Positions 24,801-37,282 of a stretch of DNA of 64,000 nt are shown piece after piece (position 1 is the stretch's first letter; the number at the start of each line of letters is the position of its first letter). Origin of the DNA: Candidatus Poribacteria bacterium (GTDB lineage Bacteria; Poribacteria; WGA-4E; WGA-3G); the NCBI GenBank assembly GCA_965261435.1, contig CBDHDL010000008.1, forward strand, positions 1,207,987 to 1,271,986. Reading direction: 5' to 3'. Below the pieces are notes generated by a model. The model saw only the letters and a program-made list of their open reading frames with translations, did no database searches and had not been told where the DNA came from. Position numbers and translations under genes: made by a program.

Positions 24801-27800
24801 TCTCCAATATTTGCCTCAGTGTCAGTGTTTTCTTGAACGGAGCGCGTAATGTCATCACTTGCAAATTCAGGCGCGTTGTTTATCTTTGTTTCGTCAACAT
24901 CGGTAACATTAGTCGTAACGGAAATACTATCGCTTCCGCCATTCCCATCGTTGACGGTGATAATCACGGAATATGATGACTTCCCTTCATAGTCCAAAAA
25001 AGCACTCGTTCGCAACTGACCCGTTGTGCTATTGATGCTAAACGACGACGCATCTATCCCACCGAGTATATAGGTTAATTTGTCCTCGTCTACATCCGTT
25101 GCCGATACAGCATCACCGATGTCTACACCAGAACCAGTATTTTCCGCGACTTCGCGTGTTGTGCTATCACCCTCCGTGAACACCGGGTCATTGTTTGTTG
25201 GGGGTGCCTCGGATTCTCTTGTGGTAGCCGTCTCATCTTCTGTGGGTTTCTCTTCTACATCTGTGATTCTAATAGTGACATTAATTGTATCTTTGAGTTT
25301 GCCATCAGACACGGTGATCGTAACGGAATATGTGGATTTGCTTTCAAAATCCAAAGCAGTACTTGTTTTTAACTGTCCAGATTCGGTATCAAGGGTGAAC
25401 ACGCTTGCATCTGTGCCACCAAGGCTATAGGTAAGGGTATCGTCATCTGCATCCGTCGCGACAACGGGTATGCCGATATTTTCTCCTGCTGCTGTATTTT
25501 CCGTGACTTCGCGTGTTGTGCTATCACCCTCCGTGAACACCGGGTCATTGTTTGTTGGGGGTGCCTCGGATTCTCTTGTGGTAGCCGTCTCATCTTCTGT
25601 GGGTTTCTCTTCTACATCTGTGATTCCAATAGTGACGTTAATTGTATCTTTGAGTTTGCCATCAGACACGGTGATCGTAACGAAATATGTGGATTTGCTT
25701 TCAAAATCCAAAGCAGTACTTGTTTTTAACTGTCCAGATTCGGTATCAAGGGTGAACACGTTTGCATCTGTGCCACCAAGGCTATAGGTAAGGGGATCGT
25801 CATCTGCATCCGTCGCGACAACGGGTATGCCGATATTTTCTCCTGCTGCTGTATTCTCCGCGACTTCGCGTGTTGTGCTGTCACCATCCGTGAACACCGG
25901 GGCGCGGTTTTCGTCTACATCTATCACATTTATTGTCACGTTGATTGTATCAGTAAGCGTGCCGTCAGAAACCGTTATCATCACCGAATAGGTTTGCTTT
26001 GTTTCATAATCTAACGTAGATTTAGTTTTCAATTGTCCCGTTTTGCTATCAATGTCAAACGATGTTGCATCTGTGCCGCTCAATGTATACGTTAATGAAT
26101 CGTTATTTGCATCAGTGGCTCCTATGACTTCACCGATATTTTTATCAGATGGAGTATTCTCTGCAATAGTGCGTGTCGCAGCAGTTTCCGTGAACACTGG
26201 AGCAACATTGATGCGACTATAGATTTCAAAGGGGAAACCTTGCGGTTTTACAAGCGTGTACCCACTGTGCATTGAAGGCAGACGCGGTAAAGCTGCAAAA
26301 TCTACCGTGACTGCCTCCGTCGTATTGGTAGTGCGTAATAAGGGGAGTGAAGTGCTAAACACACTACCTATTGGGATTGTGATGTTATTAGCATCAAGAA
26401 ACCCATTTTCGACGGAGATCTGTAAGACTATATTAAAGGGGGCACCTGTTGGTACGACTGCTCTTATACGGTTTTCACCGACTTTCTCTATAGTGACCGT
26501 AAGCGGCAAGGGTGAAACCGTATTCCCGCTCAAGTTCAATTGATTCAATCTTGTCAGTCCTTTAAAGACACCATCAGGGAGGCTGCTAAGTTGGTTATTC
26601 TGCAGGTCAAGTGATGTGAGAGTCAACATTCCAGCGAAATCGTCACCGCTTAAAGATGAGATGCCTTTATCGCTGAGATTGAGTGTCGTGATTGTTGCAA
26701 GATGAAGTTCACTTAAATTACGACAATCAGTGATACCTGGCACTGCATTTGAAATCGCTTCTGTTACTTGAAGGGTCCGGTTGCATACTGTTGATTTGGA
26801 TAATACATACCCGAAGTGATTAGCAGGTAGATTTGGCAAAACTCCAATACCTACAGATGTTGATGCTGTAAAGGGTATACTGTAGACATGCCCTTTTGGG
26901 ATAGTTATCATTGTTGTCGGATCTGCACCATCTATTGGTAATTCAACATCAAATGGAGCACCAGTTGATATTACTGCTCTGTATTCATTAGCATCAATCT
27001 GCTGCAAAGAGACAATAATCGGTAGCGGATCAACAAAGTTGCCACTTATTCGGAGTGTCGTGAGTGAAGTTAAGCCTGAAAAGATACTATAAGGCAAACT
27101 ACTTAGCATGTTGCCATATAAGTTTAGATTGACAAGTCCGCTCAAACCGGAAAAATCACCAGATTTCAGTGCGGTTATACCAGCAGAACGCAGATTAAGA
27201 CTCGTGATAGCAGCAAGGTGAGTATCGGTAACATTCGCAGCATCCACAATATTCGGTACTGCATTGACAATTGCATCCCGCACTTGTGGTGTGCGTTCAC
27301 TCACAGGAAGAAATACAGAGACTAAATCAGTATCAGATACATCAATAATACTGACTATGACTGAGATGGAATCTGTCAAGCTACCATCAGATGCCATGAT
27401 TGTCACGACATAAATCTTGTTCATTTCATAGTCTAATGCTGCTTTTGTCTTTAACTGTCCTGATGTACTATCAATATCAAATGATGATGCATCCGTGCCG
27501 TTTATTGTATAGGTTAGTGTGTCGTCATTTGCATCTGTTGCAGCCACTGGTGTGCCGATATTCGTACCAGCTGTTGTATTCTCAGCGATGAAACGGATCG
27601 CAATAGACCCATCGTTAAAAGTTGGTGGGTTGTTTTCAGGTTCGTCCGGTGGTGTTGGGGTTTCTGGTGGGGTGAGTGTCTCTAATTCAGATTGTGTGTC
27701 ATCAGGATCGGCCGGTGTTTCACTAATAGTGTTGAGCACTTCAATTGGCAGCGTGTCGGATTTAGAAAGGATATAACCGTAGTGATGACTCGGTAATCCC

Positions 27801-28411
27801 GGTATAGTGTCAATATTCACTGACACTGCATCGGTTGTGCCAGCAGTGCGCGTGACGGTTAACGTTTCGCTTTCTACACTGCCTTGTGCTACTGTCAGAG
27901 TCATTACATCCCCAGATATACTGCCATTGGTGACACTAATCGGCAACACAATAGTGAACGGTGCCCCTGTCTGTATTACTACTTTAAATTGCCCCTCACT
28001 GGCACTGACTTTTTCAAGTGATACCGATATCTGCATCGGATCAACTGTGTTGTCCCCTAAGCGGAGCGTAGTCAATGCTGTCAAACCCTTAAAAATACCA
28101 TCAGGTAGGCTGCTAAGTTCGTTGTTATGCAGATTGAGATTCATCAGACCTGTCATCCCTGAAAAATCACCAGATTTCATTTCCGTAATGCCTTTTGCAC
28201 GTAAATTTAAGTTTGTAATTGCAGCGAGATGTGCTTCAGTTATTTCGCTTGCAGTGTCTATCCCCGATACAGCGGCGACAATTGCATCCCGCACTGCTGG
28301 TGTACGTTCACTCACTGCGGTAAGATGTGCACTGCTAATTGTGTGCATACTCAAAACTGTTAGGAAAACCGATAAAATAGATATGACAGTCTTTAGTTTT
28401 ATAGATATCAT
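18859..28411 (-). CDS. Giant secreted LRR-cadherin protein C (~3183 aa after removing the insertion at ~20902-20909); ~17 cadherin domains, three distal LRR blocks, CTD
   Basis: ORFs 20891..28411 and 18859..20967 join at GQLQTKA|ALDYETKK. GAGGAG RBS precedes the ATG at 28411; signal peptide present. (9553-1)/3 is an integer. Confidence 0.85.
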
Positions 28412-28513
28412 TTTAAATCTCCTCTTTCTTTTGACAACCAGGAATCAGTCGTCAAATTACATATAAATTGATATAACAGAGCATAGAAACTCCGACATAT
28501 TAAACTATTTTTG

Positions 28514-31500
28514 CTATTTCAAAATTATCATTTTTCGTAAAGACGATATCGTATCCGTCTGCAGTTGATAGAAAAAGATACCGTTCGCCATGCGTTCTCC
28601 CAACTCATTCCTCCCATCCCATTGTGCAGCCCGGTTTTGCCTCAGGTAATAACCCGCCTTTTGATGTCCAAGGTTTAAGTGCCGCACAACAGAACCGCGA
28701 ATATCGTAGATCGTGATTTTCACAACACCCGGTTTCGCCAACTGATACGGTATCCATGTATCCGGATTGAACGGGTTTGGGTAGTTTGACAGGAGTGCTG
28801 TTGAAACAGGAGATACTTGAGCGGATGGGGCAGAATTCGCCACCTCGGTGACATTGATAGTAACACTGATATGAGCATACGCACCAAGATTATCTAATAC
28901 AAATAGTATTACCTCATAAGTTGACTTCGTATCATAGTCAAGTGCAGCTTGGGTGTATAACGTCCCTGTCTTGCTACGAACACCGAACGAATCAGCATCT
29001 GTGCCACGCAGGTAATAGGTTAAAGGTTGCTCTACATTTGTCGGTACATCTTCGTCCCTTGCTACAATTGCCAGTCCAAAGTTTGTATTGGTTGCAGTAT
29101 TCTCAGCGACTTCACGCGTCGTGCTATTCCCTTCATTGAAAGAGGGGGATCTGTTGGATTCAAAAAGATACATATTGATGTTTGGATTATTTATTGCGAT
29201 TGGGAAGACCTGAGTATAATCTGAAAGGGTATTGCCAGCAAGCGAGAGAAATGTTAGTGAGGTTAATTCAGCAAGGGATGATATATCAGTAACAGAGTTT
29301 CCGAACAGATTGAGACGTGAGAGATTTGTCAAACCATCAAGAGCGGAAATATCTATAATACTGTTTGAAGCCAGACTAAGACTTGTCAGATTTGTCAAAC
29401 CATCAAGAGCGGAAATATCTTCAATACTGTTTCCGACCAGATTGAGGTTTATCAGTGCATTCAGATTTGAAAGAACGGATATATCGCTGATGCTGTTATC
29501 CGTTAAATCGAGGTCTGTCAGTGCTGTCATATCTGAAAGTGCAGATATATCCTCAACCTTGTTATCCCATAGATAGAGACGTGTAAGAGGTGTCAGTTTC
29601 CTAAGTTTGGATATATCGCTGATACTGTTCTCCGAAATATTCAGCGTTCTAAGTGCTGTCAGATTTTCAAGTTTGGATATATCGCTGATGCTGTTCTTTG
29701 ATATATTGAGATGTGTAAGTGCTGTCAGATTTGAAAGAACGGATATATCGCTGATGCTGTTATACGATAGGTTGATGTGATCGAGTGCTGTCAGATTTGA
29801 AAGAACGGATATATCGCTGATGTTGTTTTCATTCACAAAGAGCCTTTTCAGATCTGTTAGATTTTGCAGCGGTGAGATATCGGTGACTTGGTTATCGTTC
29901 AACCAGAGTTTTTCCAGATTGGTCATATTTTCAAGCGGAGAAATATCATTGACTCTATTGTGGTACAGATCGAGGGATGTGAGTTTCGTTAAGCCTGCAA
30001 GGGGAGAAATATCGCTTATTCCGGTAGAATCATCAAGAATATCGTCATTCCTAAAACTAAGGATTCTCAGTTCTATGAGTCCACTAAAATCACCTGCTTT
30101 CAGCGAGTTAATTGTTTCTCCTGCCAGACTGAGACTCCTAATTGTCGCGAGATGATCATAAGTAACATCGTTTGCAGAATCCACATCATCTATTTTATCA
30201 ACGATTGCATCACGGATTGCTTGTGTACGATCACTTACAAGTATCTCGGTAATATCAGTGACATTGATGGTTACTGTGATACTGTCCTGTCCACCTCTTT
30301 CATCCGAAACTGAGAGAGTAACCGTATAAGAGGGCTTCACCTCATAATCAAGTGCTGCTTTCGTTTTCAACTGTCCACTTGTGTTAACAATACTGAAAAA
30401 AACTGCATCTGTTCCAGCGAGCGTATAGGTTAACGTGTCATTTTCATTTGCATCTGTTGCATTGACAGGATTACCAATGTTTCTATTCTTTGGCGTATGC
30501 TCTTCAACGGATCGCGTTGTGCTATCACCTTCAATAAACACAGGTGGTGCGTTAACAGCAGGTATAACTTCAAGCGGAAAACCGGTGCTGGCGTTGACCA
30601 GTTTGTAGCCGGTATGTGCGCTTGGACGCGCTGGTAACGGTGTGTTGATAGCCACGGTGACCGCAGATGTCGTGCCAGTGGTTCTGGCAACGGTCAACGT
30701 CGGGCTTTTCACACTTCCTTTGAGTATGGTGATAGTTGCTGTTCCCCCACTAATGCTTCCATTGGTCACATTCACCGGTACTGCCATTTCAAATGGTGCA
30801 CCAGCGTGGACCTGGACTTTGAACTGTCCTTCTGCAACCTGCTTTAAGGAAACATTCAACGAGAGCGGATCTGTCGAGTTACCACGCAAAGAAAGCCGTG
30901 TCAGTGAGGTCAAACCGTCAAACACCTCATCGGGTAGACTCGTCAGTAAGTTTTCCTCAACACTTAGGTTTGTCAGGTTTGTCAAGCCATCAAACAGATC
31001 TGATGGTAGGCTGGCTAACGAGTTGTCATCAAGAATGAGCATTGTCAGGGCGGTGAGACCATCAAAATCGTTATCCAACAACGCAGAAATTGATTTACTC
31101 CTTAAATCAAGTTCGGTTATTGTAGATAGGTGAGCATCCGCAACATCTGCGGCAGCATCCACACCATCAATTGCAGCTATAATCGCGTCTTGGACTTCCT
31201 GTGTGCGACTACCGATTGGAGTGAATTCAAACACGTCTGTGACATTTATAGTAATAGTGATAGTATCATTACTATTTTTCGTATCAGAAACAGTGATTGT
31301 AATCGAATAGGATGGTTTTGTCTCATAATCAAGCGCAGCACTTGTCTGTAGCTGCCCGTTTGTGCTGACGATTCTAAACGATGAAGCATCCGTACCTCCG
31401 AGCGTGTAGATGAGATCATCATTGTCCTCATCTGTAGCACTAACCACACTGCCGATATCTACTCCTGAACCTGTGTTTTCAGGAACTTCGCGCGTTGTAC

Positions 31501-34500
31501 TTGCGCCTTCCGTGAAAACAGGGACGTGGTTCTCATCTACATCCGTCACATTGATGGTCACAGAAATCGTATCTGTGAGTTTGCCATCAGAAACAGTAAT
31601 TGTGACCGAATAGGATGGCTTAGCTTCAAAATCAAGTGCGGACTTTGTACGTAGCTGCCCAGATGTGCTAACAATGTCAAACGCTGCAGCATCTGACCCA
31701 CCAATCGTATAGGTGAGGTCATCATTGTCCTCGTCTGTCGCACTAACTGCACTGCCGATATCTACACCTGAACCTATGTTCTCAGCAACTTCGCGTGTAG
31801 TGCTATCACCATCCGCGAACGTGGGAGCACGGTTTTCGTCTACATCTGTGACATTGATGGTCACAGCAATCGTATCTGTGAGTTTGCCATCAGAAACAGT
31901 AATCGTGACCGAATAGGATGGCTTAGCTTCAAAATCAAGTGCGGACTTAGTGCGCAGCTGTCCGTTTGTACTGTTGATACTAAACGACGCACCATCCGTA
32001 CCACCGAGTGTATAAGTGAGGTCATCCTCGTCCGCATCTGTCGCAGATACCGCAGTGCCGATGTCCACACCTGAGCCGGTATTCTCCGCAACTTCGCGTG
32101 TAGTGCTATCACCATCCGCGAACGTGGGAGCACGGTTTTCGTCTACATCTGTCACATTGATGGTCACAGAAATCGTATCTGTGAGTTTGCCATCAGAAAC
32201 AGTAATTGTGACCGAATAGGATGCCTTACCTTCAAAATCAAGTGCGGACTTAGTACGCAGCTTGCCCAGATGTGCTGTTAATGCTAAACGACGCAGCATC
32301 TGAACCACCAAGCGTATAGGTGAGGTCATCATTGTCCTCATCTGTCGCACTAACCGCACTGCCGATATCTACACCTGAACCTGTGTTCTCAGGAACTGCG
32401 CGCGTTGTACTTACGCCTTCCGTGAATACAGGTGCTTGGTTCTCATCTACATCCGTGACGGTAATGGTAATGTCAATCGTATCTGTGAGTTTGCCATCAG
32501 AGACAGTAATTGTTACCGAATAGGATGCCTTACCTTCAAAATCAAGTGCGGACTTAGTACGCAGCTTGCCCAGATGTGCTAACAATGTCAAACGATGCCG
32601 CATCTGTGCCACCAAGTGTGTATGTTAAAGTATCACCATCATCTTGATCAGTTGCGGAGAGTGTGCCGCCGATATTGACTCCCGCTGCGGTGTTCTCTGG
32701 AATAGAAAGAGTAGTTTTGGTATTAAGCGCGATGGCGGGTGCTTCATTGACATCTGTGACGTTGATTGTAACGCTAATCGTATCTCTACCACTGCCATCG
32801 GACACGATGACAGTAACCGTATAGGCGGCCTTCGTTTCGTGGTTAAGCGCGGCACTTGTTTTCAGTTGTCCTGAAGTGCTATCAATTGCAAACGATGAAG
32901 CATCAGAGCCACTCAGTAGGTAAGCAAGCGTATTTTTATCCGCATCTTTAGCAGCAATAGGTGCGCCAATGTTCTCGTCTGCATCAGTATTTTCTGCAAT
33001 AGTCCGAGTTGTGTTTGTACCCTCTGTGAACACAGGCGGGTTGTTGGTTCGTCTTTCGTCAAGGTTCGTAACATTGATTGTGACTGTGATGGTATCTGTA
33101 AGGATGCCGTCTGAGACAGTGATTGTCACCGTATAAGATGCTTTGGCTTCATGGTCAAGCGTTGCTCTTGTCTTCAACTGCCCAGTTTTACTATCAATAC
33201 CAAATGATGATGCATCTGCGCCTCCGAGTGTGTAGGTTAATGTATTTCCCTCTGGGTCGGTGGCGGCAACCGCACTACCGATGTTTATCTCCGCACCAAC
33301 GTTTTCAGCGATCTCGCGGGTTGTACTTGTACCATCAGAAAACGAGGGTGTCTCGTTGACATTTGTGACGTTAATAATAACAGTAATGCTATCCGTGAAA
33401 CTACCATCGGAGACGATAACGGATACCGAATAAAATGATTTTGTTTCAAAATTGAGCGACGCGCTTGTTTTCAGTTGCCCGGTATCACTATCAATGTCAA
33501 ATGAGGAGGAATCTGTCCCACTAAGGATATAAGTAAGCGTATCGTCATCTGCATCTGTTGCAGTAATTACCTCACCAATATTGGCATCAGGGTCAGTGTT
33601 TTCTTGAACGGAGCGCGTTGTGCTATCAGTTGCAAACTCAGGTGCGTTGTTTATGGGTGCTTCGTCCACATCAGTAACATTAATCGTGACGGAAATATTA
33701 TCGCTTCCACCATTCCCATCAGAGACGGTGATTGTCACTGAATAGGTAGACTCTGTTTCATAGTCCAAGGACACATCTGTTCGCAGCTGCCCGGTAGTAC
33801 TATCAATACCAAAGGATGATGCGTCAGTACCACCGAGCGTATAGGTCAATTTGTCCTCGTCTTCATCTGTTGCAGATACAGCATCACCGATGTCTACTCC
33901 AGAACCAGTATTTTCCGCGACATCGCGTGTTGTGTTATCACCCTCCGTGAACACTGGGTCGTTGTTTGTTGGGGTCGTCTCGGTTTCTCTTGTGGTAACC
34001 GTCTCATCTATTCTTGGTTTCTCTTCTACATCTGTGATTCCAATAGTGACGTTAATTTTATCTTTGAGTTTGCCATCAGACACCGTGATCGTAACGTAAT
34101 ATGAGGATTTTCTTTCAAAATCCAAAGCAGTCTTTGTTTTTAACTGCCCAGATTCAGTATCAATGGTAAACACGCTTGCATCTGTACCACCAAGACTATA
34201 GGTAAGGGGATCGTCATCCGCATCCGTTGCGACAACGGGTTTGCCAATATTTTCTCCTGCTTCTGTATTTTCCGCGACTTCGCGTGTTGTGCTATCGCCA
34301 TCCGTGAACACCGGGTCATTGTTTGTTGGGGTCGTCTCGGTTTCTCTTGTGGTAACCGTCTCATCTATTTTTGGTTTCTCTTCAATATCTGTGATTCCAA
34401 TAGTGACATTGATTGTATCTTTGAGTTTGCCATCAGACACGGTGATTGTAACGTAATATGAGGATTTGCTATCATAATCCAAAGCAGTCCTTGTTTTTAA

Positions 34501-37185
34501 CTGCCCAGAATCGGTATCAATGGTGAAAACGCTTGCATCTGTACCACCAAGACTATAGGTGAGGGGATCGTCATCCACATCCGTTGCGACAACGGGTTTA
34601 CCGATATTTTCACCTGCTTCTGTATTCTCCGCGACTTCGCGTGTTGTGCTATCACCCTCCGTGAACAACGGGGCGCGGTTTTCATCTACATCTATCACAT
34701 TTATTGTCACGTTGATTGTATCAGTATGCGTACCGTCAGAAACCGTTATCGTCACCGAATAGGATGTCTTGGCTTCATAATCCAACGTGGATTTAGTTTT
34801 CAATTGTCCCGTATTGCTATCAATGTCAAACGATGACGCATCTGTACCGCTCAATGTATACGTTAATGAATCGTTATTTGCATCAGTGGCTCCTATGACT
34901 TCACCGATATTTTCATCAGATGGAGTATTCTCTGCAATAGTGCGTGTCGCAGCAGTTTCCGTGAACACTGGAGCAACATTGATGCGACTATAGATTTCAA
35001 AGGGGAAACCTTGCGGTTTTACAAGCGTGTACCCACTGTGCATTGAAGGCAGACGCGGTAAAGCTGCAAAATCTACCGTGACTGCCTCCGTCGTATTGGT
35101 AGTGCGTAATAAGGGGAGTGAAGTGCTAAACACACTACCTATTGGGATTGTGATGTTATTAGCATCAAGAAACCCATTTTCGACGGAGATCTGTAAGACT
35201 ATATTAAAGGGGGCACCTGTTGGTACGACTGCTCTTATACGGTTTTCACCGACTTTCTCTATAGTGACCGTAAGCGGCAAGGGTGAAACCGTATTCCCGC
35301 TCAAGTTCAATTGATTCAATCTTGTCAGTCCTTTAAAGACACCATCAGGGAGGCTGCTAAGTTGGTTATTCTGCAGGTCAAGTGATGTGAGAGTCAACAT
35401 TCCAGCGAAATCGTCACCGCTTAAAGATGAGATGCCTTTATCGCTGAGATTGAGTGTCGTGATTGTTGCAAGATGAAGTTCACTTAAATTACGACAATCA
35501 GTGATACCTGGCACTGCATTTGAAATCGCTTCTGTTACTTGAAGGGTCCGGTTGCATACTGTTGATTTGGATAATACATACCCGAAGTGATTAGCAGGTA
35601 GATTTGGCAAAACTCCAATACCTACAGATGTTGATGCTGTAAAGGGTATACTGTAGACATGCCCTTTTGGGATAGTTATCATTGTTGTCGGATCTGCACC
35701 ATCTATTGGTAATTCAACATCAAATGGAGCACCAGTTGATATTACTGCTCTGTATTCATTAGCATCAATCTGCTGCAAAGAGACAATAGTCGGTAGCGGA
35801 TCAACAAAGTTGCCACTTATTCGGAGTGTCGTGAGTGAAGTTAAGCCTGAAAAGATACTATAAGGCAAACTACTTAGCATGTTGCCATATAAGTTTAGAT
35901 TGACAAGTCCGCTCAAACCGGAAAAATCACCAGATTTCAGTGCGGTTATACCAGCAGAACGCAGATTAAGACTGGTGATAGCAGCAAGGTGTGCATCTGT
36001 TACATTCGCTGCATCCAGAACATTCGGTACTGTGTTGACAATCGCATCACGCACTTGCGGTGTGCGTTCACTCACTGGATGAAATACAGAGACCAAATCA
36101 GTATCAGCAACATCAATGATACTGACTATGACTGAGATAGAATCGGTCAAGCTGCCATCAGATGCAGTGATTGTCACGACATAGATCTTTTTCATTTCAT
36201 AGTCTAACGGTGCTTTTGTCTTTAACTGACCTGTTGTGTTATCAATACCAAATGATGATGCATCTGGTCCATTTAGTGTATAGGTTAGTGTATCGTTATT
36301 TGCATCCGTTGCAGCAATTGCCGCACCGATATTCGTACCTGCTGTTGTATTCTCAGCAATGAAACGGATCGTATTAGACCCATCGGTAAAATTCGGCACA
36401 CTGTTTTCAGGTTCGTCCGGTGGGGTTGGGATTTCTGGTGGGGTGAGTGTCTCTAATTCAGATTGTGTGTCATCGGGATCGGCCGGTGTTTCACTAATAG
36501 TGTTGAGCACTTCAATTGGCAGCGTGTCGGATTTAGAAAGGATATAACCGTAGTGATGACTCGGTAATCCCGGTATAGTGTCAATATTCACTGACACTGC
36601 ATCGGTTGTGCCAGCAGTGCGCGTGACGGTTAACGTTTCGCTTTCTACACTGCCTTGTGCTACTGTCAGAGTCATTGCATCCCCAGATATACTGCCATTG
36701 GTGACACTAATCGGCAATGCAATAGCGAACGGTGCACCTGTCGGTATTACTGCTTTGAATTGCCCCTCACTGACACTGGCACTGGCACTGACTTTTTCAA
36801 GTGATACCGATATCTGCATCGGATCAACTGTGTTCCCACCTAAGCGGAGCGTAGTCAATGCTGTCAAACCTTTAAAAATACCATCAGGTAGGCCGTTAAG
36901 TTCGTTGCTATACAGATTGAGATTCGTCAGACCTGTCATCCCTGAAAAATCACCTGATTTCAGTTCCGTAATGCCTTTTGCACGTAAATTTAGGTTTGTA
37001 ATTGTAGCGAGATGTGCTTCAGTTATTTCGCTTGCATTGTCTACACCCAATACAGCGGCGACAATTGCATCGCGCACGGATGGTGTACGATCACTAACTA
37101 CGGTAACATCCGCACGACTAACGGTGGACATACTGAGAATTGTTAGGAAAACCGATAAGATAGATATGATAACGTTATAATTCAT
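28514..37185 (-). CDS. Giant secreted LRR-cadherin protein B (~2889 aa after removing insertions at ~32259-32266 and ~32563-32570); ~15 cadherin domains, internal LRR-Ig module, 22-aa internalin-type LRR block, CTD
   Basis: ORFs 32554..37185, 32250..32615 and 28514..32359 join at STSGQ|LRTKSALDFE. (8672-2)/3 is an integer. Signal peptide ends STVSRA. Confidence 0.85.
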
Positions 37186-37189
37186 AGAT

Positions 37190-37271
37190 TCATAATGATT
37201 TGTATATCGGACGGGGAAACCCCGCCCCTACGAACGGATCTACTCATCATTTGAGTGTAGACAGAACACTA
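37190..37271 (+). mobile_element. Same MITE/REP element, copy 2 (one TIR missing), between genes A and B
   Basis: AATGATTTGTATATCGGACGGGGAAACCCCGCCCCTACGAACGGATCTACTCATCATTTGAGTGTAGACAGAACACTA matches copies 1 and 3. Confidence 0.75.
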
Positions 37272-37282
37272 TACTAATTCTA

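Noticed and set aside
4883-32570. Programmed ribosomal frameshifting or slipped-strand phase variation at the breaks
   Set aside because: There is no slippery heptamer or simple repeat, the motif occurs in both coding orientations, and it also breaks rbsK. Not fully excluded without accurate reads.
2770-37185. Calling genes B-E pseudogenes, or counting about ten separate genes
   Set aside because: Each break is the same motif-linked single-base insertion in mid-domain, with no nonsense codons or other decay, and corrected lengths are multiples of three.
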